Shown piece after piece: positions 51,148 to 60,686 of a DNA stretch of 64,000 nt. How positions within the stretch are numbered: the stretch's first letter is position 1; every line of letters starts with the position of its first letter. This DNA comes from a virus (taxonomy: Duplodnaviria; Caudoviricetes), in IMG/VR virus record IMGVR_UViG_3300023174_000037, one strand, 5' to 3'. A model generated the notes under the pieces. That model was not told where the DNA came from. It did not search any database and saw only the letters and a program-made list of their open reading frames with translations. The position numbers and the translations under genes are program-made.

Positions 51148-51365
51148 ATTAAATGTTCCTTTGATTCGTGATATCTAAATTCAAACACAGTCTCACCGGG
51201 TCCTGTATACATTGCGGTTCCTTCGTAAACTGTGCGTAACCATAACCAACGTCCTGTTATAGCACTACGCTTGGGCCACCAAATAAACTTTAGCCGCCAT
51301 ACCGCTTTGTGATAAAAATGATCATATGTATCCACACCGGGATTATAATAACCAGTGCCCATCAA
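51129..51365 (-). CDS. Hypothetical protein
   Basis: ORF in operon; WWPKRS.ITGRWLW. Confidence 0.65.
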   Translation of the reverse strand: MMGTGYYNPGVDTYDHFYHKAVWRLKFIWWPKRSAITGRWLWLRTVYEGTAMYTGPGETVFEFRYHESKEHLIWNLKN

Positions 51366-52223
51366 TCAAGTGCCCCACTCATTTTTAAATAATGGCACTT
51401 GTAAGCGATCGCTGTAACGAAGTCCGTGTTTCATTGCCAACAATGCTACATTACGATTGTTTAGTGCATAAACACTTTCAACACCGCCTACTGGCATTAG
51501 ATAAACATGTCCGTTAAATCCTGCTCGACGATATGCAGCAACGGCACACTCAGCATCGGCAAAGTCTTGTTCAGTAGCAATAACAAACTTCAAATATGCT
51601 GTGCCATATTCTTCATAGTCACAAACTACTGTGGGTAGGATGGCTTCTTCCCACTTCTCACCACTGCATGGCAGTTTGGCACTGACACTAAATGTAATCT
51701 CTCGCCAAAAGTCTCGGTCATGATGTGATTTCCAAGTGTGCAAATACGAAGAAAATTCTGGGGTAAGTTTCTGAGTACCGTTGGTTTCGAAGGTAATTTC
51801 TTTTAGTCCGGCCATCTTGGGATGATTCAGCAAGTCTGGATAAGCACGTTGCCAACCCAGCAATGGCTCGCCACCAGTGATGACCAAGTGTTCATCACGC
51901 CATTCACCGTGCGGAAGTATTTCCATAATGCGTTCCACAATGGCGTCTGTTGTGAGCACTGGACTTAAATTCTTAAAACTAGGATGCCAACTAGCATAGC
52001 TGTCACAACCAGTGCTGACTAATGGCAATTCTTCATATCGGTTATATAGGTGTGCAACCTCACTGAGCTCTTCGGCTTCTGCACTCAACTCACCACGTGG
52101 CATGCCAAAGCCAGCACATTTAAAGTTACAACCAAATGTGCGTAGGAACACAGAAGGAACGCCCATATAGCGTCCTTCGCCTTGCACTGAATAGAATAAT
52201 TCTGCTATTTTTAATTTACTCAT
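51366..52223 (-). CDS. queE: 7-carboxy-7-deazaguanine synthase (radical SAM)
   Basis: FYSVQGEG, VFLRTFGC, CDS, ITGGEP, ETNGT, SDRLQ. Confidence 0.9.
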   Translation of the reverse strand: MSKLKIAELFYSVQGEGRYMGVPSVFLRTFGCNFKCAGFGMPRGELSAEAEELSEVAHLYNRYEELPLVSTGCDSYASWHPSFKNLSPVLTTDAIVERIMEILPHGEWRDEHLVITGGEPLLGWQRAYPDLLNHPKMAGLKEITFETNGTQKLTPEFSSYLHTWKSHHDRDFWREITFSVSAKLPCSGEKWEEAILPTVVCDYEEYGTAYLKFVIATEQDFADAECAVAAYRRAGFNGHVYLMPVGGVESVYALNNRNVALLAMKHGLRYSDRLQVPLFKNEWGT

Positions 52224-52419
52224 TGTTGACCTTTAATGGAATGCCTCTAAACATGTATTGCACGGAATTGTCTCGTTGAAATGCTTTATCAAAACTACTA
52301 AAGTGTTGATTAAATTCTTCGGGTGTCAGTTCAAAATGATCAATGGGTTCTTTGCTGTCAGCAATGGCCTTTTTCATTTCTTCTAATAAATCGGGTTTTC
52401 TATAATGTATTTTCATCGC
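52216..52419 (-). CDS. Hypothetical protein (start at MKIHY)
   Basis: ORF track; internal ATG. Confidence 0.65.
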   Translation of the reverse strand, partial: AMKIHYRKPDLLEEMKKAIADSKEPIDHFELTPEEFNQHFSSFDKAFQRDNSVQYMFRGIPLKVNNE

Positions 52420-52946
52420 CACCAATCCTCCCAAGGAAAAACAATCCACACATCTTCTTCGGCTTTATTTAGATCAACTGCACTATAACTAATTTTTAAT
52501 TCACTCTTACTTGCTTCATTATCTACTAATGCCGCAACACGAACATTATTACCCCACACTTCTGCCCAGCGTTCATCATCGGGTAAGCAACCTGATTGCC
52601 AATCTTGTTTGATCCAGTTTAGTGTAGCACCTGAGTCGTTAATATCGTCAACAATAAGAATACGTTTACGACCATTGCCAGAGCACATGGCATCATAAAC
52701 AGGGTATCCGAATGCATCCTCGGCCATCCACAAGTTACTTTCTGGTCCGTGTTCACTATCACGTAAACTTACTTTAAGGCATTCCATTGGAATTTCTAAG
52801 TATTGGCTAATAAGATTAGCCGGCACCAATCCACCACGTGTAAGACCTACTACATAATCGGGTAGCCATGCATCACGTTGTAGTTGACGTAGAATTTCTT
52901 GTGTTTGATTTTCGATATCTTGCCAAGAGTAGTATATTTTCTTCAT
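52413..52946 (-). CDS. Type I phosphoribosyltransferase (purine PRT/gpt-like)
   Basis: VGLTRGGLVPA, LIVDDINDSGATL, WIVFPWE. Confidence 0.92.
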   Translation of the reverse strand: MKKIYYSWQDIENQTQEILRQLQRDAWLPDYVVGLTRGGLVPANLISQYLEIPMECLKVSLRDSEHGPESNLWMAEDAFGYPVYDAMCSGNGRKRILIVDDINDSGATLNWIKQDWQSGCLPDDERWAEVWGNNVRVAALVDNEASKSELKISYSAVDLNKAEEDVWIVFPWEDWWR

Positions 52947-52951
52947 ATGCT

Positions 52952-52981
52952 ATTATACAGTAGTTCACTGCTGTCTGTCAA
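52952..52981 (-). promoter_or_regulatory. sigma70-type promoter
   Basis: TTGACA-18-TATAAT. Confidence 0.75.
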
Positions 52982-53920
52982 CTATCTTGTAAGCCATTCA
53001 GGGTTATTGATATACCAATTGACCGTTTGATTTAACCGTTGTTCATAGGAGTCGGGTGCTTGCCAGCCTAGCGTGTATAATCGGCTAGGATCAACACTAA
53101 AGCACAAGTCGTGTCCAGGACGATCAACTGGAACCAAACGATAAGATAATTCACGACCCATTATCTGAGCAATGTTCTGAGCAAATTCAAGATTATTGAT
53201 AAACCTATCTCCAGCACTGTTCCATTTTTCACAACGGGTCAATTGTGTTTTCAATACAAATCGAGTATGGCTGGCTACATCTCCAGCATAGAACCAACGA
53301 CGTCCACCAATCCGATCACTGGGCCCCACATGTATGTCCAAGGTTTCGTTGTTGAGTAATTTGCGTATGATAATCACGGGCAAACGATTACTTTGGCAAC
53401 GTGGACCAAAGGTATTGTTAATATGTATAATGCTTGTAGAAACATCAAACGAGTTGGCATAGGCAAGGCACAGTTCTTCACCGGCGGCTTTGCTGGCCGC
53501 ATAAGGACTATTGCTGTTGTAGGCATCAGTTGTTTGACTGTCTTGACCAATTGGAACAGGACCATATACTTCTCCTGAACTATAGTAGACAAATCGATCA
53601 ACACCGGTATGGCGGGCATATTCTAGTAAGTTTAGTGTGCCCAACACATTGTCCATAACGGAGGCAGTAGGGTCGCTCAAGCTATCAGCGGCGCTGGGAT
53701 TAGCTCCTGCATGTAATACGATATCAGCTTTTGGAAGATTATCACAAGGATTTTTAATATCGTGTTCAATGATTTCAATGTCATTGACAAATTCTTCTAG
53801 TCTAATCATGTTGGTAGATCCAGGACGGACCACACAAATCACACGATAATCTTTAAGAAATTCCTCCACTAGGTAGTGTCCAATAAATCCATTGGCACCA
53901 GTGATTAAAACTGTTTTCAT
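52982..53920 (-). CDS. NDP-sugar 4,6-dehydratase-like SDR
   Basis: ITGANGFIG, SSGEVYG, PYAASKAAGE, DRPGHD. Confidence 0.9.
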   Translation of the reverse strand: MKTVLITGANGFIGHYLVEEFLKDYRVICVVRPGSTNMIRLEEFVNDIEIIEHDIKNPCDNLPKADIVLHAGANPSAADSLSDPTASVMDNVLGTLNLLEYARHTGVDRFVYYSSGEVYGPVPIGQDSQTTDAYNSNSPYAASKAAGEELCLAYANSFDVSTSIIHINNTFGPRCQSNRLPVIIIRKLLNNETLDIHVGPSDRIGGRRWFYAGDVASHTRFVLKTQLTRCEKWNSAGDRFINNLEFAQNIAQIMGRELSYRLVPVDRPGHDLCFSVDPSRLYTLGWQAPDSYEQRLNQTVNWYINNPEWLTR

Positions 53921-54597
53921 GGTTGGTATTTGTAAACAGTATCAGAATGTTCGTGCATAATTTCTTGATAGCCTCGATCACTGAGAAACTTGTTAAACGT
54001 AGTTTTATCGATTCCGTATCTAGCAGACCATGCATCAAACCACTCTACTATGATCACAGGATGATATTGTTCAATAGTACCAACAGCACCTTGTAAAGCA
54101 AAATACTCATAGCCTTCTATGTCCAATTGAATAAGATCGCACCCGGGCAGATTCAGGTCATCAATACGCACAGTGGGTATATTTCCTTTTTGTCCCACAT
54201 GCATACCACCTGCTTCTAAACCATCGTCACTGACGTGCCCGTCTAATTCTATAAAGATTTTTTCCTTACCTAGGCATGCTTGAGTCTTTATTACATTCCT
54301 AGGACTGTTCAATGTAAGGCACAGAAAGTTTATTGGATCTGGTTCAAATGTATACACTGTGTTAAACCACTTTGCGTATTCTCGAACGTATTGTCCACAA
54401 TTTCCTCCTGCTTGAATCATGATATTACGATTGGGAATATGATCCATTAATGTTTTTAAAAACGCTGGTGTCACTGGGAAGTCATGCATGGCCCTCCAAG
54501 TTCCTCGATCATATTTAGGCCAAAACAACGGATCAACTTCCGGTAACCGCTCGGACGTTCTAACTTCAACAATGTTATTTAATTCTTCATTGGTCAT
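53917..54597 (-). CDS. FkbM-family SAM methyltransferase
   Basis: IQAGGNCG, FEPDPIN, LDIEGYE..AL.GA. Confidence 0.88.
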   Translation of the reverse strand: MTNEELNNIVEVRTSERLPEVDPLFWPKYDRGTWRAMHDFPVTPAFLKTLMDHIPNRNIMIQAGGNCGQYVREYAKWFNTVYTFEPDPINFLCLTLNSPRNVIKTQACLGKEKIFIELDGHVSDDGLEAGGMHVGQKGNIPTVRIDDLNLPGCDLIQLDIEGYEYFALQGAVGTIEQYHPVIIVEWFDAWSARYGIDKTTFNKFLSDRGYQEIMHEHSDTVYKYQP

Positions 54598-55073
54598 GTT
54601 CTTCTCACATTTAAATACGTTGGCTGGTTGCTATATAAAAACTCCGGCCACATGGATTCTAGTTCAGCTATACTATTGGGCTGATAGATCTTGATGTTGG
54701 GAAATACCGCAACAGCATGAGCAGCATCTTCGGCCCAATGACTAAAACCCAAATGTCCATAATCCTGATCACGCCCTACACCTACCAACTTAACTGGAGC
54801 CAGCTCATGATCTAGATAATTGCGTAGCCACTCATACGGACGAAAGATTACAAACGGAGTAATGCTGTAGCAAACAGGTATCTTGCCACAGTGTGTAAGT
54901 CCTACAGCGGTGCCCAACATCAGCTGTTCTGCAGCACCTACATTAAGAGCACGATCGGGTGCCACTTCTCTTGATCGGTTAAGCACACCAAAGCCAAGGT
55001 CGCCTGACAACAACCATACATTAGTATCTTTGGCCAACGAGTCAGCCATGAGTTCACCAAATCTATTTCTCAT
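54594..55073 (-). CDS. Transketolase-like TPP enzyme, pyrimidine-binding subunit (truncated)
   Basis: GDLGF, NVGAAEQ.M.G.A.GL, RPYEWLR, G.SH. Confidence 0.85.
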   Translation of the reverse strand: MRNRFGELMADSLAKDTNVWLLSGDLGFGVLNRSREVAPDRALNVGAAEQLMLGTAVGLTHCGKIPVCYSITPFVIFRPYEWLRNYLDHELAPVKLVGVGRDQDYGHLGFSHWAEDAAHAVAVFPNIKIYQPNSIAELESMWPEFLYSNQPTYLNVRRT

Positions 55074-55678
55074 AGTTGATCCAAATCTTCTGGTTTTAAC
55101 ACATAGTAATGCGTGAGTATTCCTTGGGCAAACGGCCAGTTGGGTGGTGCGGTTTCACGTATATTGATTCTTGGCAAAAATGCCTGTAACCTACGAATGA
55201 TATATTCTTTATCAATAAAGTCATAAGCAATCATGCCGTTGACGTTTACATATACTTCTAGGTTGTCTAATTTAGCTTCGTAAATAAAACGCAGTGCTTC
55301 CCATATGCTACCTTCGCCACACTCACCGTCACTGATTAAACAATGAACTCTACGACTGCGATCAGCCAAGGCATATCCACAAGCCACTGTAAGTCCCATG
55401 CCTAGGCTACCAGAACTACAAGGCAAGCCGTCTTCAATATTTCTATGTGGATGAACTCCGTGTTTGTGGAACAGGTGTTCAGCATCCTTGCCTAGGTATT
55501 TTTCCAATACTACATACCAAGCCAAGGCCGCATGACCTGAGCTTAAAATAAACGGCTCGTTGGGCTGACGATTTTTGTAAATTTCTTCAATGATATTAAC
55601 TGCGTTAAGATTAGAACTTAGATGTCCAATCTTTTCGCGATAGCTGATATCAATGATTCTTTGTTCAACATCGTTCAT
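55070..55678 (-). CDS. Transketolase-like TPP enzyme, N-terminal subunit
   Basis: GHLSS, LSSGHA, GVHP, SGSLGMG, SDGECGEGSIWE, VNVN. Confidence 0.9.
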   Translation of the reverse strand: MNDVEQRIIDISYREKIGHLSSNLNAVNIIEEIYKNRQPNEPFILSSGHAALAWYVVLEKYLGKDAEHLFHKHGVHPHRNIEDGLPCSSGSLGMGLTVACGYALADRSRRVHCLISDGECGEGSIWEALRFIYEAKLDNLEVYVNVNGMIAYDFIDKEYIIRRLQAFLPRINIRETAPPNWPFAQGILTHYYVLKPEDLDQL

Positions 55679-56994
55679 AGATATAAGCTCATGAATCCAT
55701 CAACCTTTTCGCCAATATAGGCAATTTGTTCTGGAGTGATAACTGGACTACATCCATGGAAGTAGGTGTTCTTCATGGTAAATGTGGCCACAGGATAGTT
55801 GTCACGTGCTGTTGCAGGATTCATCAAATGACTATATGCAGGTTGCAACATGATATTGCCAGCAAAGTAAGGGCGTGTTTGTATCAAGTTTTCTTCTAAA
55901 TAGTCAACAATGTCCATGCGAGAGAACGGAGCATCTGCACGTATGGTCAATGGAAATGCAAACCAACTGACATCGGCCTTGTCTCTAGCACGTGGCAAGT
56001 GGAAGAACTCCTCGTACTTTTCATAGATGGCAAACAATAGATTGTAGTTGCGTTGACGTAAAGCATGTATCTCTGGCAATTTTTTAAGTTGTTCAAGTCC
56101 CATTGCGGCTTGTAGTTCTATAGGTTTCAAGTTGTAACCAATTTCATCATACACATATTTGTGATCAAAAATCTGATCCGGCATCTCAGGAATCCACTCA
56201 TTGAATCGTTTGCCGCACGTGCCGCATTTTAACTTGTTGGCTTCGGGCCCTACACAATAGCAACCACGTCCCCATTCACGTAGGCTACGCACAATGATTT
56301 CTTGCTGTGGATCGTTCATGGCCACAAAGCCACCTTCGCCCATGGTCATGTGGTGTGCTGGATAAAAACTACACGACGCCATTAAACCAAAGCTACCCAA
56401 AGGTTTACCATCATAGTTGGTGCCAAGACCATCACAACAATCTTCAAGCAATACAAGATTATGTCGATTAACCAATTCCATCACACGATCCATATTGGGC
56501 GGATTACCTAACACATGTGCAAAGGTTATAATTTTGATTTCTGGATCATTGGCAAGTATTTGTTCTGCTTGATCTAGATCGATGTTTAAAGTATCAATTT
56601 CAATGTCGCAGAACACTGGTGTAAATCCATTTTGTAAGGTTGGATTAAGTGTGGTCGGGAAGCCGGCAATGGGCATCAACACTTTAGTGCCCGGTGGAAA
56701 GTTATAACCACGCTTGCTTTTCATTGCCGTCATCATCAGCAGGTTAGCACTGCTACCCGAGTTGGTTAACACTCCGCGAGTCTTGCCAAATTCTTGAGGG
56801 AACTTTTGTTCAAAGCGCAGGCTCTTGTTGCCCATAACCAACCACCCATTCAGCAAGGCTTCAGCGGCTGCCACATACTCACTAGAATCAAAATGTGGAC
56901 CTGCATAGTTAACAAAATCTTTACCAGCTACCCAGGTTTTGTCTGCTTGTTTAGCATCGATGTATTTTTTAATATCTTCTAATATTTGTTTCAT
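55675..56994 (-). CDS. rfbH: CDP-4-keto-6-deoxy-D-glucose 3-dehydrase (RfbH/DdhC, E1)
   Basis: SFYPAHHMTMGEGG with His in place of the catalytic Lys; WGRGCYC.G...KCGTCG Fe-S cysteines; HKY. Confidence 0.9.
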   Translation of the reverse strand: MKQILEDIKKYIDAKQADKTWVAGKDFVNYAGPHFDSSEYVAAAEALLNGWLVMGNKSLRFEQKFPQEFGKTRGVLTNSGSSANLLMMTAMKSKRGYNFPPGTKVLMPIAGFPTTLNPTLQNGFTPVFCDIEIDTLNIDLDQAEQILANDPEIKIITFAHVLGNPPNMDRVMELVNRHNLVLLEDCCDGLGTNYDGKPLGSFGLMASCSFYPAHHMTMGEGGFVAMNDPQQEIIVRSLREWGRGCYCVGPEANKLKCGTCGKRFNEWIPEMPDQIFDHKYVYDEIGYNLKPIELQAAMGLEQLKKLPEIHALRQRNYNLLFAIYEKYEEFFHLPRARDKADVSWFAFPLTIRADAPFSRMDIVDYLEENLIQTRPYFAGNIMLQPAYSHLMNPATARDNYPVATFTMKNTYFHGCSPVITPEQIAYIGEKVDGFMSLYL

Positions 56995-57716
56995 AGTTGA
57001 ATACCTAGTTGATTACAAAGTTCTTTCATGATTTTTATTACTGCCTGGCTTCCACGACTACCATGAAAATGTAATATATGTGCTTGATCCATAGATAATC
57101 CGTTCCATTGATTATGCCACTCTATACTGCCTTGATCTAATGTTCTGAGATTCATAGCTTGATAAGCCATCTCTGGATGCAGTCTATCAGACTCATCAAT
57201 ATCTTGACTCCAGAACATAGCATTATGTCTTAGCTGATCAAATCCCCAATTACGGTCTGGATGAGTTTCTCTTTGAGTCAACCACTCTTCTCCAAGGTTC
57301 CATACATCGTCTGACATGGTATGTGGATAATATTGTATGTCATCGTTGAAATGATGTGCAAAATCTTTATAACTTCGTGGATCAGTATAATTGAACAATC
57401 GGTATTCCGGAAACCTACTGGAAAACAATTCTGTAGGTTTAATCATAAGCGTATCGGCACCTGCCCAAAATATGTTACAAGGTTCTTTGTGCCATAATTC
57501 TTTGATATCCAACCAATTTTGATAAGTGCAAGTATCGCTATTGGTGGCAGGATCTGTCCATACTACTGCTTCAAACGGTTCTTTTACAAAGTGTTGAAAA
57601 CTGGCCAATCTTAAACGATACATTTCTTGATAGTCCAAGTGCAGTTGTGAACTGTTTTGATTCATCCAATTTTCTGAAATAGGACGCACCGAACACACCA
57701 AATAGTTTTTTACCAT
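56991..57716 (-). CDS. Putative glycosyltransferase-like protein
   Basis: WAGADT, DQ, ILHFHGSR; inferred from context. Confidence 0.5.
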   Translation of the reverse strand: MVKNYLVCSVRPISENWMNQNSSQLHLDYQEMYRLRLASFQHFVKEPFEAVVWTDPATNSDTCTYQNWLDIKELWHKEPCNIFWAGADTLMIKPTELFSSRFPEYRLFNYTDPRSYKDFAHHFNDDIQYYPHTMSDDVWNLGEEWLTQRETHPDRNWGFDQLRHNAMFWSQDIDESDRLHPEMAYQAMNLRTLDQGSIEWHNQWNGLSMDQAHILHFHGSRGSQAVIKIMKELCNQLGIQL

Positions 57717-58660
57717 ACAAAATTATTCCTATAGTAGTTGACTATCTGTTCTAGTTCTTGATCAAAATTGGCTGTAGGTAACCACCCTAGTTTTTTTAAT
57801 TTGCTGTCATCAATTGCGTAGCGAACATCTTGCCCTTGTCTGGCACTGAAAGTAGTAAATGTTTCCCAATTGTCGTTGTGCTCGACTCCGTAATATAAAT
57901 GTAATATTTTTTTAATCACTTCGCGGTTGGGCAATTCAGTATTGCCACTGATATTATATATTTCATTGGCACACCCAGCATCGATGATAGACATTACAGC
58001 CCTGGCAGTATCTGCGGCATGCAACCAAGTTCGTACCGGATTACCGTGATTGTGCAAATCAATTAATTTTCCTAATTCAAGGAACTTAATACTTTTAGGT
58101 ATAAGTTTTTCAACATATTGACCAATGCCATAGTTGTTGGTAGGACGCACAATTACATATTTAATGCCATAAGTTCTTGCCCAGGCCATGACCAACATGT
58201 CGGCAGCGGCTTTTGATGCTGAATAAGGATTGCTAGGTTTTAAAAGATCGGTTTCAGTGTGGGCTCCGGACTCGATATCTCCATAGACCTCGTCGGTTGA
58301 AAAATGCAACAGGATTGGTTGCCGTTGAACCGGTTGTTGTTTGATCAATTCCAACAAGCGATGCACACCATTGATATTACTACGCAGGAACACTTCAGAA
58401 CTCATGATTGAATTGTCTACATGAGTTTCGGCAGCTGTGTTAATTATATAATCACAGTCATGCAGTCGATCAAGATCGTTGATGTCTTTGTGTATAAATT
58501 TAAATGTATTGTATTTTTGAAACTCGTCTAGAAAATCAAAATTACTAGCATAAGTGCCCTTGTCCACACCAATAACATGCCACCCACGTTCTAGACATTG
58601 TCTTGTGACATGCACTCCTATAAACCCTAAACACCCAGTCACATATACAATTTTTTTCAT
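57710..58660 (-). CDS. dTDP-glucose 4,6-dehydratase (RmlB-like)
   Basis: VTGCLGFIG, TYA, AAETHVDNSI, STDEVYG, PSNPYSASKA, NNYG. Confidence 0.92.
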   Translation of the reverse strand: MKKIVYVTGCLGFIGVHVTRQCLERGWHVIGVDKGTYASNFDFLDEFQKYNTFKFIHKDINDLDRLHDCDYIINTAAETHVDNSIMSSEVFLRSNINGVHRLLELIKQQPVQRQPILLHFSTDEVYGDIESGAHTETDLLKPSNPYSASKAAADMLVMAWARTYGIKYVIVRPTNNYGIGQYVEKLIPKSIKFLELGKLIDLHNHGNPVRTWLHAADTARAVMSIIDAGCANEIYNISGNTELPNREVIKKILHLYYGVEHNDNWETFTTFSARQGQDVRYAIDDSKLKKLGWLPTANFDQELEQIVNYYRNNFVW

Positions 58661-58663
58661 TGA

Positions 58664-59485
58664 TTATTTGACCTTTAGTGTAAATTGACGCATTTGACTA
58701 TTAGGATCGTTGTTTCGCAAATGTTCCCATGGATCTTGTTTGCCTGCCTTGACACGATCCCACCAGTCTGACGCCACTCCTATACTTTTCAAGTATACAT
58801 GAATCATTTCAACTTCGTTCATGCGAAGAACTGACATGTTGGGATTATGAAAATCTCTAGGGTTGCTAGGATTACCTTCTAGTAATTCTCTTTCTTTAAA
58901 AGTGGCATCTAAATTGTTACCAGTTAGGTCAGCACGATCGTGCAACACGTTGATGTCAATGCGTTCCCAGATATCTAGTAGATAGGCGATCTGACTTAAC
59001 CAAGCATCAGTCATACTGTGTAAACTTAAATGACCTACAAGATCCAACCACCGCCTGGGCACTATGGGAAATATACTATAAGGATGATCGTTATGGGTAT
59101 GCACAGCCAACAACTTAAACTCGCCTGTGTGCTTGACTATTTCTAAATCCCAATTGTTGCTTTCCATTATGGCATCATCGTTCCAGAAAAATATCCAGTC
59201 TGCATCTGAATTTTTACTTAAAGTGTTAATGTATTCGTTAAGACGGCTGTATCCCAGCGGTTCAAATGTCATAGCAGTGTATGACACTCCTATCTCATCT
59301 AGCTGAGGCTGTAAGGATTCTTGAAAATGGGCAATGCCCACGGTGTCGTCGGTGTCTAATCCCAACAACACTTGTATCGTGTCTAGATCTGCGGCTTTTT
59401 CAAGCAGGCCAATAAGACTACGTGTCAGGGCTTTTGTTCGACCTCGGGTGGGCAATACGATTGCTATTTTGTATTCATGTGGCAT
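58664..59485 (-). CDS. Glycosyltransferase family 2-like
   Basis: IVLPTRGR, LDTDD, WNDDA (DxD), FPI, DAW. Confidence 0.8.
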   Translation of the reverse strand: MPHEYKIAIVLPTRGRTKALTRSLIGLLEKAADLDTIQVLLGLDTDDTVGIAHFQESLQPQLDEIGVSYTAMTFEPLGYSRLNEYINTLSKNSDADWIFFWNDDAIMESNNWDLEIVKHTGEFKLLAVHTHNDHPYSIFPIVPRRWLDLVGHLSLHSMTDAWLSQIAYLLDIWERIDINVLHDRADLTGNNLDATFKERELLEGNPSNPRDFHNPNMSVLRMNEVEMIHVYLKSIGVASDWWDRVKAGKQDPWEHLRNNDPNSQMRQFTLKVK

Positions 59486-59493
59486 AGTGCGAA

Positions 59494-59501
59494 TATTTAT
59501 A
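59494..59501 (-). promoter_or_regulatory. T4-type late-promoter-like TATAAATA box
   Basis: Exact TATAAATA 8 nt before an ATG. Confidence 0.5.
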
Positions 59502-59535
59502 TACGTATATTATTACGCAAATAAATCTGTGTTGA

Positions 59536-59736
59536 TTACCAATGACGTATAACGCCGGCTACAATAAAACAGTTAGTGATAATGTATGTTAATAAAACTA
59601 CGGTGCGAATGTAGGCAACACGATCTGCGTCCAAATCAGTATTGCCTGCTTTATCACCTAGTGCTTTGGCCCATAAGCGCCAGAATTGTTTAACCTTCGT
59701 ACGTAGCCGAATTAGCACCATGTTCGAATACTTCAA
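59536..59736 (-). CDS. Small membrane protein (start uncertain)
   Basis: WRLWAKALG...ADRVA.IRT...IVAGVIRHW. Confidence 0.55.
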   Translation of the reverse strand: MKYSNMVLIRLRTKVKQFWRLWAKALGDKAGNTDLDADRVAYIRTVVLLTYIITNCFIVAGVIRHW

Positions 59737-60175
59737 CTGATTTAACTCTTACTGTGGGATTGATTGGATAGCGCATGTCACCACTAGCTAAAAGTTCTGC
59801 CATTTTGTCGTAACACATTTTGGCAAACATTTCACAGCCTACACCTGGCACAATACGTAGATCGCAAATGCCACTGTCGTTGAATCCACCTTTGATTTGG
59901 TTCATTTCTTTAAAAAACTCAATTTGAGGATCATCCTCAGCAACAACCAATGTGTGATCAAACATCGAGTCTGCCCATGTTTTAAATTCTTTAAGACCGC
60001 CAAAGTCCATACACCAGTTTTTGTCATCCAGTGTGTCGCATTCAAAGATTAGTTTGATGCCAATTGAGTAACCATGCAGTGTTGAACAGTGGCTATGAGT
60101 GGCACGCCATTGTCTAAAACAGCATGACAGTCCTCTGTCGTTTCCGTAAGTTTTTGTTGAATAATACTTTGCCAT
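59690..60175 (-). CDS. queD: 6-carboxy-5,6,7,8-tetrahydropterin synthase
   Basis: H..CSTLHGY, MDFGGLK, FDH, E.FEHGANSA. Confidence 0.9.
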   Translation of the reverse strand: MAKYYSTKTYGNDRGLSCCFRQWRATHSHCSTLHGYSIGIKLIFECDTLDDKNWCMDFGGLKEFKTWADSMFDHTLVVAEDDPQIEFFKEMNQIKGGFNDSGICDLRIVPGVGCEMFAKMCYDKMAELLASGDMRYPINPTVRVKSVEVFEHGANSATYEG

Positions 60176-60183
60176 TTGTTTCT

Positions 60184-60246
60184 CCTATGTTAGATTATAG
60201 CATAGGCGGCAGAATTTGTAAAGCGGGATGAACGCCAGAGACCGCT
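60184..60246 (-). promoter_or_regulatory. Candidate cis-regulatory RNA (pseudoknot plus SD-sequestering hairpin) overlapping a sigma70-type promoter upstream of queD
   Basis: AGCGG/CCGCU stem, GGCG/CGCC pairing, CCUAUG/CAUAGG hairpin; TTTACA-17-TATAAT at 60194-60222. Confidence 0.5.
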
Positions 60247-60250
60247 GGGT

Positions 60251-60490
60251 TTATTTTTTCTTGGCTGGCGCTGATTTTCTAGCTGACTTGGTTTCTGTGG
60301 TATCAGCAGTTGAATTAATCAATTGTTCTAATGTATCAAGAGCCTCTGTGGTAACAAACATCTGCCAGAGTTGATTTCCGGTAGCAGAAATGGGTGAGAA
60401 CTTAAATTCGATCACTGAATCATTTTTTAATTGTATTTGGAAGGTACGTTCTTGCGGCGTATTTAAGTTTACTGTGCGGAGGTTAGTCAT
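60251..60490 (-). CDS. Hypothetical protein
   Basis: ORF track. Confidence 0.65.
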   Translation of the reverse strand: MTNLRTVNLNTPQERTFQIQLKNDSVIEFKFSPISATGNQLWQMFVTTEALDTLEQLINSTADTTETKSARKSAPAKKK

Positions 60491-60514
60491 GTTGTGTCTT
60501 TCGTTATGATGAAT

Positions 60515-60673
60515 TTATTTATTGTCTTTATTTGCGGTGTTAGTGTTTGTAGGCTGTACCTCAGCCTTGTCAAACACAGGGTTGATATAGGGTTCCACTA
60601 CTGTTTTTTGTGCAACTCCCCAGCCCACCGCTGAAAAGAAACCAACTACTATCCATGTTGCAACTAATACCAT
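60515..60673 (-). CDS. Small membrane protein, 52 aa
   Basis: Hand-translated MVLVATWIVVGFFSAVGWG... Confidence 0.5.
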   Translation of the reverse strand: MVLVATWIVVGFFSAVGWGVAQKTVVEPYINPVFDKAEVQPTNTNTANKDNK

Positions 60674-60686
60674 TTTATCATTGCCC

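Noticed and set aside
49781-52946. NadE plus PRTase as an anti-defence NAD reconstitution pathway
   Set aside because: The described pathways use Adps/Namat or Nampt/Nmnat; the PRTase here looks purine-type and is not adjacent, so no support from this window
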